A stretch of 64,000 nt of DNA from Candidatus Heimdallarchaeota archaeon (GTDB lineage: Archaea; Asgardarchaeota; Heimdallarchaeia; Heimdallarchaeales; Heimdallarchaeaceae): positions 1 to 64,000 of the forward strand of contig JAUVXV010000004.1 in the NCBI GenBank assembly GCA_030603365.1, written 5' to 3'. Below the pieces are notes generated by a model that saw only the letters and a program-made list of their open reading frames with translations, searched no databases and was not told the origin of the DNA. The translations under genes and the position numbers were made by a program. The first letter of the stretch is position 1, and every line of letters starts with the position of its first letter. This document shows positions 1-8,790 of the stretch, in pieces.

Positions 1-667
1 GGGGCACCCGACTGTTTAATAAAAACATAGCTAACTGCAAGGGCGAAAGCCTTAGTACAGTTAGTGAATCCTGGCCGGTGCTGGTGATTGAAACCTGGGT
101 TCAACCAGGCTAAGACCCAGTAAACGCCGGAGCTAACTATGAGCTTCTTAAGGTAGGCAAATGCCTTGTCTGCTAATTACAGACGTCCATGAAGGGACCA
201 ACGAGGTGCCCACTGTCTCCACCCTAAGCCTACTGAACCCACAGTCCAGCGAACAGTCTGGAGCGCACCATCGGGAAGAGAAGACCCTGTGAAGCTTTAC
301 TGCTGTCAGGGGCTGTTGTATTGGTGTACATACATAGAATAGTCAGGAGACGTTAATACTATATTCTCCGGGATATGGAGTAGTCGAACTTGAAATACTG
401 ACTTTGTGCATTGGTACGACTTACCTCTCGCGAGGGGGACACCCCCTGCCTGGCAGTTTCACTGGGGCGGTAGCCTCTTGAAAAGATATCAAGAGGGCCC
501 AAAGCCGAGCTCAACCGGGACAGAAATCCGGTGAAGAGTGCAAGGGCAAAAGCTCGGTTGACTGTGAACTAACCAATAAGGTTCGCAGATGTTAACGCAG
601 GGCCTAGCGATCCTTCGCAGTGCCATTAGTAGGCGGCGGAGGTGGCAGAAAAGTTACTCCAGGGGTA

Positions 668-1031
668 ACTGCGCTTCTTGAAGTATCACGAATAGAAGTG
701 CTCTCTGTCTATAACGCTTATATTGATAATTCCATCTTTTCTGAGGCAGAATAGATTTAAAGTGAATTAAGCAAGGCTTCTGTCTTCTTCCAATGTTGTG
801 AGGAAAGAAAGTTTTCGCCATTTAAGGCTACAAAACTTGAGCAGAGTGAATCTAATTTCTGTCAATTAATCCATAAGATATAGTTAAATCCCTAGAGAAA
901 GATGGAGAGCCAAAATAAGCGTGAGGACTAAAAGATAGGTGAAGGATCAAGTAACTACCTAGTCGTAATACCAGGTGACAACTAAGATCCTAAAGCCGAT
1001 GTGTATATGTTGTGCGCAAGCGCAGCCCTGA
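668..1031 (+). other. 364-nt ORF-less 23S rRNA intron, BHB/BHL type, between the A2450 and A2451 equivalents
   Basis: Removal restores GGGGTA|ACAGAGTTGTC. Terminal stem CTGCGCTT/AAGCGCAG, 4-bp central helix GGGG(662-665)/CCCT(1026-1029), 3-nt bulges TAA and GAA; cutting after the 2nd nt of each bulge gives the exact exon. Confidence 0.85.
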
Positions 1032-1180
1032 ACAGAGTTGTCGTGGGTAAGAGTTCACATCGACCTCACGGCTTGCTACCTCGATGTCGGCTCTTCCTAG
1101 CTTGGTGGTGATTAAGCCGCCAAGAGTGGGGTTGTACGCCCATTAAAAGGGAACGTGAGCTGGGTTTAGACCGTTGTGAG

Positions 1181-1329
1181 ATGGATTTAAGCTGTAATGG
1201 AGTTAGGTAGAAGTATGAAAATGCTTCAACTCAACTCCATCCAAGTATGGTAAAGTTCTGGATAGTTGTAAACCCCGAAAGGGAATCCCTTCTACCAGCG
1301 CGGAATACTCGGGCTTAAATTCACGCAAA
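1181..1329 (+). other. 149-nt ORF-less 23S rRNA intron, BHB/BHL type, between the G2599 and A2600 equivalents (H93)
   Basis: Removal restores GTTGTGAG|ACAGGTTGG. 11-bp terminal stem TGGATTTAAGC/GCTTAAATTCA, central helix TGTG/CGCA, bulges AGA and AAA. Confidence 0.9.
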
Positions 1330-1749
1330 ACAGGTTGGATTCTATCTGATGGTGCTGACGGGTGATTGAGAGTAAAGTCTCCACAGTACGAGAGGAACAG
1401 GCGGCTGGGGCCTCTGGTGTACCGGTTGTCCTTACGGGCATCGCCGGGTAGCTAAGCCCTCGACGATAAGAGCGGAATGCATCTACGCTCGAAGCGTCTC
1501 TCGAAACGAATCGCCCACTCTGTATCACTACAAAGGGGCCTGGTGACAGTAACCTTCGGTACAGACGAGAGCGCGGAAAGAAGATCCGTTTGATAGAATT
1601 GGGGTGTACGCGTCGAGCTTCGGCGAGATGTTTAGCCCACAATCACTAATTGCTCAAGCGTAGTTAGGTAAAATAGAGATCGGTTCGTCAGATTCTAGGA
1701 GAGTTCTTGTCAGCTAATTTGAGTTTACAAGAAACTTTTTCCCAGATTA

Positions 1750-3354
1750 TCAAATCATTTTAATAGAATCTTTTTGCATTTGCAAGTAATCTATAAGTCT
1801 ATTTTCTAATCTACTAAATCCATAATTTTTACATTTTTTGATAGCCATGTATTGTAGAGCGGGTCCTAATGGATCACCGTTCTTGTAAGCACCAATTTGG
1901 ATGAAAGCTTCCATGAAGACACGTAATTCAAGAACTTCGATACGATGGAGCTGGTTTTCATATTTCTTTAAGAGTGGATAGATATCTGTAAACCTATTTA
2001 ATTTATAATATTCCTGTGCTGCTAATAAATCTGCAAAAGCCTTCTCTGCAAAGGTCATTCTTTCCTCAACAGGTTTCCTCTTTAGGGCGGAGATTAAATT
2101 TATGATTTGTTTTTCTTCAGTATGAGTTGCTTTTTCAATAAGGAAATTGATGATGTGTCCAACCCTCTTAGTACTGGGATTGTTCAAATTTTTTATTTCT
2201 ATCAGTTGTTCATTGGTAAGGTTAGCATTCAAAAGAAGCTCACTAAAGAAAATCGCATTGCTGTAGTATTTGCTAATGTTAGTAAGAATGGTTTGTAATA
2301 ATTCTTGTAGTTCTTCTATATGAAACCCTTGTAATCTAGATTTGATGTAGAATATTGTCAGATCGAAATTATGTATTATTTGCCCTTTACTGAAAGAGTC
2401 TAGATTTTTTGTTACAATTCCTTCTTCTATCAATGCATCTACTTCTCTCACTTGTTTGAGAGCTAGTTCTAGTTTACCTTGAAGAGCATAGGTAGCAGTG
2501 AGATAAGAAAGAGTTATCAAATAATATCCTGAGTACATATCTTCTTTGTAAAGGGGTTCTAGTTTGCTTTTAGATTCTGATAAATGTGTTGTTGCTTCTT
2601 TAAGATTGAAATTTAACTCATGAGTGACACCTATAAAGTAATGTATAATTGATTGGACATCTTTGGGGATTTTATACAAAAAATCACCTCTATTGAAGAT
2701 TTCTCTAATTAGTTCCATTGAATTTTTTTTATTTTGTGTTTGTTGATATATCATCATTAAAAGGGAAAGACATTGAGTGAAACTTCTGTAAAAACCACTT
2801 CTGTGGAAATAATTTGCACATTTTTCTAAAATAAGTGAAGATTCTACATCACGTTTTGATAACCAATTTTCAACGGCAAAGGAATAATTGCAAACATAGT
2901 ATTCATATTCTTCAGAATTCAAATATTGAGATACATAGTTCATTGAGATTTCGAGAGCTTTTAGGCTTCTTTCTATTCTCCCATTGTATTTTTCTATATA
3001 CCATTCAATATTATATGCAAGTGCTAAACCTCCTAGATAATTAATTTTCTTCGATATATCTTTCATCTGACGAACTAATCGACTAATATCTTGTTGTTTT
3101 TCTTGTAAATGCTCAATTTGAGATACTTTGATTTCATATAGTTTAACCAATGATTTCTGGTCATCAAGCTGATTGCATTTCTGTATAGCTTTACTAATTA
3201 AATCCAAAATATTCTCATTGTTTCGATTATTGGAAGCAAGAACTCTAAATCGGTCTATGAATAATGACATAGATTCTTTAGAATTAATGGTATCAATTTC
3301 CTTAACCTTATCTTCCATAAAGTAGGTCACCAGCAAACTGAATAAAACATCCAT
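1750..3354 (-). CDS. Helical-repeat (TPR-like) hypothetical protein, 534 aa (start may be MEDKVK at 3318)
   Basis: Long ORF with TPR-like helical patterns (e.g. HYFIGVTHELNFNLKEA, YLTATYALQGKLELA). Confidence 0.7.
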   Translation of the reverse strand: MDVLFSLLVTYFMEDKVKEIDTINSKESMSLFIDRFRVLASNNRNNENILDLISKAIQKCNQLDDQKSLVKLYEIKVSQIEHLQEKQQDISRLVRQMKDISKKINYLGGLALAYNIEWYIEKYNGRIERSLKALEISMNYVSQYLNSEEYEYYVCNYSFAVENWLSKRDVESSLILEKCANYFHRSGFYRSFTQCLSLLMMIYQQTQNKKNSMELIREIFNRGDFLYKIPKDVQSIIHYFIGVTHELNFNLKEATTHLSESKSKLEPLYKEDMYSGYYLITLSYLTATYALQGKLELALKQVREVDALIEEGIVTKNLDSFSKGQIIHNFDLTIFYIKSRLQGFHIEELQELLQTILTNISKYYSNAIFFSELLLNANLTNEQLIEIKNLNNPSTKRVGHIINFLIEKATHTEEKQIINLISALKRKPVEERMTFAEKAFADLLAAQEYYKLNRFTDIYPLLKKYENQLHRIEVLELRVFMEAFIQIGAYKNGDPLGPALQYMAIKKCKNYGFSRLENRLIDYLQMQKDSIKMI

Positions 3355-3376
3355 TCTATTTAAGAACCATTTTCGA

Positions 3377-3400
3377 AATTGCAGTTTAATTGCAGTTTAA
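3377..3400. repeat. 11-bp tandem direct repeat AATTGCAGTTT x2, candidate operator upstream of the TPR-like gene
   Basis: AATTGCAGTTT at 3377-3387 and 3388-3398. Confidence 0.55.
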
Positions 3401-3429
3401 AAAGGGGAAAGGGGAGACTTTGGTTTGTT

Positions 3430-3501
3430 TTATGGTCTCCACAAAGGTGGCAAAACAGAATCGTCTCCTTCGTTAGGATCGTATTTTTCTTTGTACATCA
3501 T
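3430..3501 (-). CDS. Putative 23-aa peptide MMYKEKYDPNEGDDSVLPPLWRP
   Basis: Manual translation; preceded by GAGTGAGTG (SD-like) and a TTTAATA box at 3551-3545; followed by a pyrimidine/oligo-T tract. Confidence 0.45.
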   Translation of the reverse strand: MMYKEKYDPNEGDDSVLPPLWRP

Positions 3502-3644
3502 CACTCACTCTTAGGAAAGGGTCACCATAATAGTAGAAGGAAGCTATTAAACACCTAAAGAAAGAAAGTGACATACAGTTTCTAACCATTTTTCGTCTTT
3601 GGTAAGGTTTTTATTTTTGTTCTGCTTCAATTCAAAAGAGGATA

Positions 3645-4190
3645 ATGAAAAAAGAAGAATCCCTTTGGCACAGAATTGAAACAGGACCTAATCCTCCTGA
3701 AGAAATTTATGCAATAATTGAAAATCCTAAAGATAGTAAGAACAAGTATGAGCTAGGAAAGGATGGTATATTATATTTGGATAGAGTCTTGCATTCTTCA
3801 GTCCACTTTCCTGGTGATTATGGATTAATACCTCAGACTTACTTTGAGGATGGTGATGCTCTAGATGTTCTTGTATTAATCTCCGAACCAACTTTTACTG
3901 GTTGTGTTTTATCAGCTCGACCAATAGGAATATTGAGAATGAAGGATGAAAAGGGATATGATGATAAAATACTAGCAGTAGCTACGAAAGATCCTTTCTA
4001 TCATGGAGTCTATAATTTAGATGATGTTTATCCACACACATTAGAAGAAATTTCTGAGTTTTTTAGAACGTACAAAGGTTTAGAGCACGGTAAGAAAGTC
4101 GAAGTAATTGGATGGGATAAAAAACAGGAAGCATTCAAGAGTATAACTCATTCCATGAAACTGTATAAAGAATTATTCAAAGATAAATAG
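3645..4190 (+). CDS. ppa: Inorganic pyrophosphatase (family I)
   Basis: KNKYE, LDRVL, YGLIPQT, DGDALD and DDKILAV motifs. Confidence 0.97.
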   Translation: MKKEESLWHRIETGPNPPEEIYAIIENPKDSKNKYELGKDGILYLDRVLHSSVHFPGDYGLIPQTYFEDGDALDVLVLISEPTFTGCVLSARPIGILRMKDEKGYDDKILAVATKDPFYHGVYNLDDVYPHTLEEISEFFRTYKGLEHGKKVEVIGWDKKQEAFKSITHSMKLYKELFKDK

Positions 4191-4304
4191 AACTATTTTT
4201 CCTTACAATTAGTCTTATAGATTTGTTGTCATACTGACAGATTTATAACACTCATTTATCGAAAGTGATTCATATAATATGTATATTTCAGGAGACTACT
4301 TTAG

Positions 4305-6203
4305 ATGAATCTCAAAAAGTGGATTAATGAAAAGGATTTAGAGAAAATTAAAGCTCTAAAGAATCCTAAGGTCGAAAAAGTAATTGATAAGTATCTAACC
4401 CTATGTAAGCCAGAAAAGGCAACAGTTATTGATGACTCACCAGAAGATATTGCATTTGTTCGTCAAATGTCTGTTGACAATAAAGAGGAAATTGAACTGG
4501 CTATAGAAGGTCATACAGTACATTTTGATGGATATTATGATCAAGCAAGAGATAAAAAAAATACCAGGTTATTGGTTCCTTTTAAAGAAAAAGAAAAATA
4601 TGGTAAACACATCAATACAATTGATCGTGATGAGGGATTAGAAGAAGTTATGGAGATAATGGATGGAGTAATGAAGGGGAAAACTGCTATCATTAGATTT
4701 TTCAGTTTAGGTCCAACTAACTCTCGATTCTCTCTATGTGCTTTGCAAATAACTGATTCTGGTTACGTAGCACACTCTGAAGATTTGTTATATAGACAGG
4801 GATATGAAGAATTCAAAAGACTAGAAGGCTCAGAAGATTTCTTTTATTTCATCCATTCTGCTGGAGAATTAACTGAAAAACATGTAACTAAAAGTGTAGA
4901 CAAAAGAAGAATATACATTGATTTAGTAGAAAACCGTGTTCTTACAGTAAACAATCAGTATGCAGGAAATAGTTTAGGTCTGAAAAAACTTGCTCTCCGT
5001 TTAGCAATTAACAAAGCAATTCATGAGAATTGGTTAACAGAACACATGTTCATTAGTGCAGTCTGGTCTCTAGATAGAAGTAGAAAGACTTACTTCCTAG
5101 GAGCTTTTCCAAGTGCTTGCGGAAAAACAAGTACAGCAATGATTCCAGGAAATACTATTGTTGGAGACGATATTGCATTCCTAAGAATCTGTGAAGAAGG
5201 TGAAGTAAGAGCAGTTAACATCGAAAGAGGTATTTTTGGAATCATTAAAGATGTTAGTCCAAAAAACGATCCTGTTATCTATAACAGCTTGAAAACGCCA
5301 AGAGAAACAATTTTCTCAAATGTATTGGTTTCAGAAGGGCATACATATTGGTTGGGTATGGGAAAACAAACAACTATCCCAGATAGAGGAATTAACTGGA
5401 CTTCTTCTAAGCTAGGTGAATGGCTAGCAGGTATGTGTTGTGATGAAGAGGGAAAAGAGCTTAAGATCTCTCATCCTAATGCTAGATATACACTCAGATT
5501 AGAAGAACTAGAGAATGTTGATGAAGCGTTGCATGACCCAGAGGGTGTAGAAGTATCTGCAATAGTTTATGGAGGAAGAGATAGTGATACATCAATACCA
5601 GTTTATGAATCTTTCAGCTGGGACCATGGTGTTTATATTGGAGCTTCAATAGAATCAGAAACTACATCAGCAACCTTAGGAAGAGCAGGAATTAGAAAAC
5701 ATCAACCTATGGCAAACTTGGATTTCATAGTTGTACCATTAGGAGAGTATCTTGAAGCTCATTTTGAATTTGGAAAAAGAATCGCTTCAGATAAATGTCC
5801 AAAAATATTTTCTACAAATTATTTCCTAAAAGACAAAAAAGGAAAATATTACGACGAAATACTTGATAAGAAGATATGGCTACTATGGGCTGAAGGTAGG
5901 GTTCATAATGAATATGACGCAATTGAAACACCAATAGGATATATTCCAAAATATGAAGATTTAGCTAAGTTATTCAAAGAGTTTTTTGACACAGAATATG
6001 ACAAACCAAGATATGAAGCTGAATTCTCAATTAGAATACAAAAGTTTCTTGAAAAAATTGATCGAATAGAAAAAATATTCAGAAGTGAAGCTAATGTACC
6101 AGTGTTGTTCTTTGAAAAACTAGAGGAACAACGTAAGAAGCTATTAAAAGCTAAACAAGCTTATGGTACAGATATCATCTCTCCATTCCTTTTTCTTTCG
6201 TAA
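4305..6203 (+). CDS. pckG: Phosphoenolpyruvate carboxykinase (GTP)
   Basis: YAGNSLGLKK, FPSACGKTS, VGDDIA, HPNAR, YGGRD motifs. Confidence 0.96.
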   Translation: MNLKKWINEKDLEKIKALKNPKVEKVIDKYLTLCKPEKATVIDDSPEDIAFVRQMSVDNKEEIELAIEGHTVHFDGYYDQARDKKNTRLLVPFKEKEKYGKHINTIDRDEGLEEVMEIMDGVMKGKTAIIRFFSLGPTNSRFSLCALQITDSGYVAHSEDLLYRQGYEEFKRLEGSEDFFYFIHSAGELTEKHVTKSVDKRRIYIDLVENRVLTVNNQYAGNSLGLKKLALRLAINKAIHENWLTEHMFISAVWSLDRSRKTYFLGAFPSACGKTSTAMIPGNTIVGDDIAFLRICEEGEVRAVNIERGIFGIIKDVSPKNDPVIYNSLKTPRETIFSNVLVSEGHTYWLGMGKQTTIPDRGINWTSSKLGEWLAGMCCDEEGKELKISHPNARYTLRLEELENVDEALHDPEGVEVSAIVYGGRDSDTSIPVYESFSWDHGVYIGASIESETTSATLGRAGIRKHQPMANLDFIVVPLGEYLEAHFEFGKRIASDKCPKIFSTNYFLKDKKGKYYDEILDKKIWLLWAEGRVHNEYDAIETPIGYIPKYEDLAKLFKEFFDTEYDKPRYEAEFSIRIQKFLEKIDRIEKIFRSEANVPVLFFEKLEEQRKKLLKAKQAYGTDIISPFLFLS

Positions 6204-6273
6204 GATATTGGGACAGGTCATATCTCAGAAGAGAATAATTGTGGGGAATAAATAGTTAAAGATAGGAATAATA

Positions 6274-6498
6274 TTGATCAAAGTGACTCTTAGCTATACA
6301 GTAGGAAAAGAGAAAGAGAAGAAGAAGTTAAACAAGTTTGCACTTATTAACTGTATATTAGGTATCCCCACAATTACATTTTTAAGCCTATTAGTTGCAA
6401 AAGGATTTCTAGAAGATTATCTTATTATTGCATATAGTGCAATTGCGGTTCTATGTGTTTGTATGATATATTCAATTTACAAATTAATAAAAGGATAA
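6274..6498 (+). CDS. Small two-TM membrane protein
   Basis: Two hydrophobic segments, basic N-terminus. Confidence 0.5.
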   Translation: MIKVTLSYTVGKEKEKKKLNKFALINCILGIPTITFLSLLVAKGFLEDYLIIAYSAIAVLCVCMIYSIYKLIKG

Positions 6499-7777
6499 TT
6501 ACCAAGTTTACTATTAATAGAAACACATTATTTCTAGTTCTAGATTGAGAAAAAAGTAGATTGAATACACAATTTTTGTTAAAAACATTCAATTTATCGA
6601 AAAATAAGCCTTACACCGACAAAAAACGTTAAAATTCATTCTGTAAGCTCCCAATTTCGATATACTAAGTTACTCTAGAATAATGTCGGAAGTTAATTGA
6701 AAGTATATTGTTTTCACTAAATCTAAGCTTAATAATATTATTGTAGTAAAGATAAACAATATATTAAAAAAATTAGACAATTAAGAGATGAAAATCAAAC
6801 AGGAAAATATAGAAAGGTTCTAGACTTCCTTTGTAAGTTTTAAAAAGAGTTAAAATCATTGTGTTTGTTTTTCTACAATAATCATAATCCAAATAATTTT
6901 GCTTAGATAAGGAGAAGCTTATCTGTGAGATTGTATTCAGATTTATTTTTCAGTAAGATGAGAGATAATAGAGTTTCTAGATACCTGTGATTAAATCATA
7001 ATTGCAAGAGATAATATATTAGCTGAATTTATTTTATATAACAAAATTGTAATGATTTTTTTCTTGTTTAGGATTAATATAGTTTTTTTCGTGATTTTCA
7101 AAATGTATAGAATAGTTACTACAAGTTGGAGATATATTCAACATTACTAGTTTGAAAGAAGATTAAAAAATATGAATAATGTATAAAATAAAATTAATAT
7201 ATCATAGAATCAATGATCTTAAGCTCCTTTCATTAATTATTAATCTTATATTTTGTATAGATGTATTTGTATATTCAATTATAAAACAATGATTTTAGAC
7301 ATTATTTGTACAAAACAGTTTAGGATTTAAAGAACATTAGTTCTAACGAATATTAAGATACAAGATATTACATAAATAATACATTAATAATATATAGTAA
7401 ATACAGTATAGGATTTAGAAAATTTTTATCTCCACCTTAATTCGATATCACAATGCTAGAAGAAATTTGAAATCTATTGCAAAAAATAGAATAAATAGTT
7501 GACTCTGAAGCAAGAAGATTAATTGATGATTTAGATGTGCTTGTTGTACTTTCATCATCACCTAACCATGAATCCACGTTTAAAGTGTTACAAAAGGATA
7601 ACAATACCTGCTGTTACATTGAAAAACAGAATCATTCCTATTCTAGAAAATAATTCAATGGTAAAGGTAAGAAATAATAATATACAACTCACAATAGCAG
7701 AAATTAAATAAACAAAGGTATTTTTCAGGAGAAGAGTTCCATAAAATTAAATAAGACTAAAACAAAACTATTCTTAC

Positions 7778-8590
7778 ATGAAGAAACTATACAAATCCAA
7801 GCGAGGAGTCTCAAATATTATTTCTACCTTGGTAATTTTCACAGTCATGGTCAGTGCTTTAGGGCTAGCTTTTGCACAAATCGTACCATCATTAGAAAGG
7901 TTTCAGACTGAAAGTGATTTGACAGCTGCAACAAACACTTTTTTATCATTTGATTCAGAAATTAAAAGATTGATAACTGCACCTGATGGTTCATCAAATG
8001 TTGTAAGATATAACCTAAATAATGGAATACTTGACTTATCTCAAGACCGTGAAATTTTCTTGTTAATAGCTTCAGGTGGTAGTAATTTACTTAATCATTC
8101 TCTTCGAACAGGCGAAGTATCATACAAACTTGAAGGAAATTTCAAGGGGTCTGGCGGAGTAATCTATGATTTTGGAAGCCCTTTGTTAATGGTCTATTCC
8201 ACTAACAGAACAACTCAAATAACTAATATCGCACATCAATCTTTTGATGGTTATAAGCTTCTAAAATTGTATTATAGTTTGTATGTTAATGTTGAACTAA
8301 TAACAGAAACTGAACTAGAAATTAACTTCATAATAATACATCTGAACACAACTAGAACAGAAGGGGGACAAGGAGAATACTTCCCTATAATTAATGATTC
8401 AACTATGATCAAAATTTCCAAAAAGAGTCAAAGCATCGAAACTTTTAATCTTGGGACTCATAATGATGATTTGAGCATTACGGCAAATACGCTAGGTTTT
8501 TCTCAGCAAATTGAGTATCCAATAGCTCCTACGACATTCCACTTAACTCTAAATCTAATACATATTGAAATTGATTTTAGCACCGTATGA
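7778..8590 (+). CDS. Archaeal type IV pilin-like protein (class III signal peptide)
   Basis: MKKLYKSKRG|VSNIISTLVIFTVMVSALGLAF prepilin cleavage motif plus hydrophobic helix. Confidence 0.8.
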   Translation: MKKLYKSKRGVSNIISTLVIFTVMVSALGLAFAQIVPSLERFQTESDLTAATNTFLSFDSEIKRLITAPDGSSNVVRYNLNNGILDLSQDREIFLLIASGGSNLLNHSLRTGEVSYKLEGNFKGSGGVIYDFGSPLLMVYSTNRTTQITNIAHQSFDGYKLLKLYYSLYVNVELITETELEINFIIIHLNTTRTEGGQGEYFPIINDSTMIKISKKSQSIETFNLGTHNDDLSITANTLGFSQQIEYPIAPTTFHLTLNLIHIEIDFSTV

Positions 8591-8673
8591 GCTTATTTTC
8601 TTCTTTTTTATTTCATTTTACCTTTTCTATTATCAAAAGTAGAATTTATATTCAATGAGAATATTGTTCTTTC

Positions 8674-8747
8674 AGCGAAGTTTTCTCGTGTGGGACTTGA
8701 CTTATGGCATCCTGCCTTGAATGATAATCTCATCTCGAAACTTCGCT
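8674..8747 (+). ncRNA. Candidate structured RNA (K-turn-bearing hairpin) or 5' leader of the ABC operon
   Basis: 10-bp closing stem AGCGAAGTTT/AAACTTCGCT, inner TGGGA/TCTCA and GGCA/TGCC stems, TTGA/ATGATA K-turn-like pair, TATA-like TTTATATT at 8645-8652. Confidence 0.4.
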
Positions 8748-8790
8748 ATTAAACTTTTGAAATCTTTAATTTAGATAAATAAATTCATAA

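Larger units (their letters stand above)
1..1667 (+). rRNA. rrl: 23S rRNA, 3' portion (from about E. coli position 1765 to the 3' end), interrupted by two introns; 3' end approximate
   Basis: Conserved LSU motifs: GACTGTTTAATAAAAAC, TAACTATGA..TTAAGGTAG (H69/70), GAAGACCC, CTCGATGTCGGCTC, GAGCTGGGTTTAGACC, sarcin-ricin loop AGTACGAGAGGAAC. Confidence 0.98.

Noticed and set aside
875-964. AAGATATAGTT and GACTA/TAGTC as group I S/R elements
   Set aside because: The order is wrong or the essential G-C pair is missing, and the candidates fold as simple hairpins; insufficient for a group I call.
668-1033. Group II intron or homing-endonuclease ORF in rRNA intron 1
   Set aside because: No GUGYG 5' end or domain V; the frames I translated contain stops and no LAGLIDADG/HNH/GIY-YIG motif was seen.
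1292-1642. 116-aa minus-strand ORF
   Set aside because: Antisense to 23S rRNA; spurious.
1668-1750. 5S rRNA downstream of 23S
   Set aside because: No 5S-like sequence; a protein gene ends within about 85 bp.
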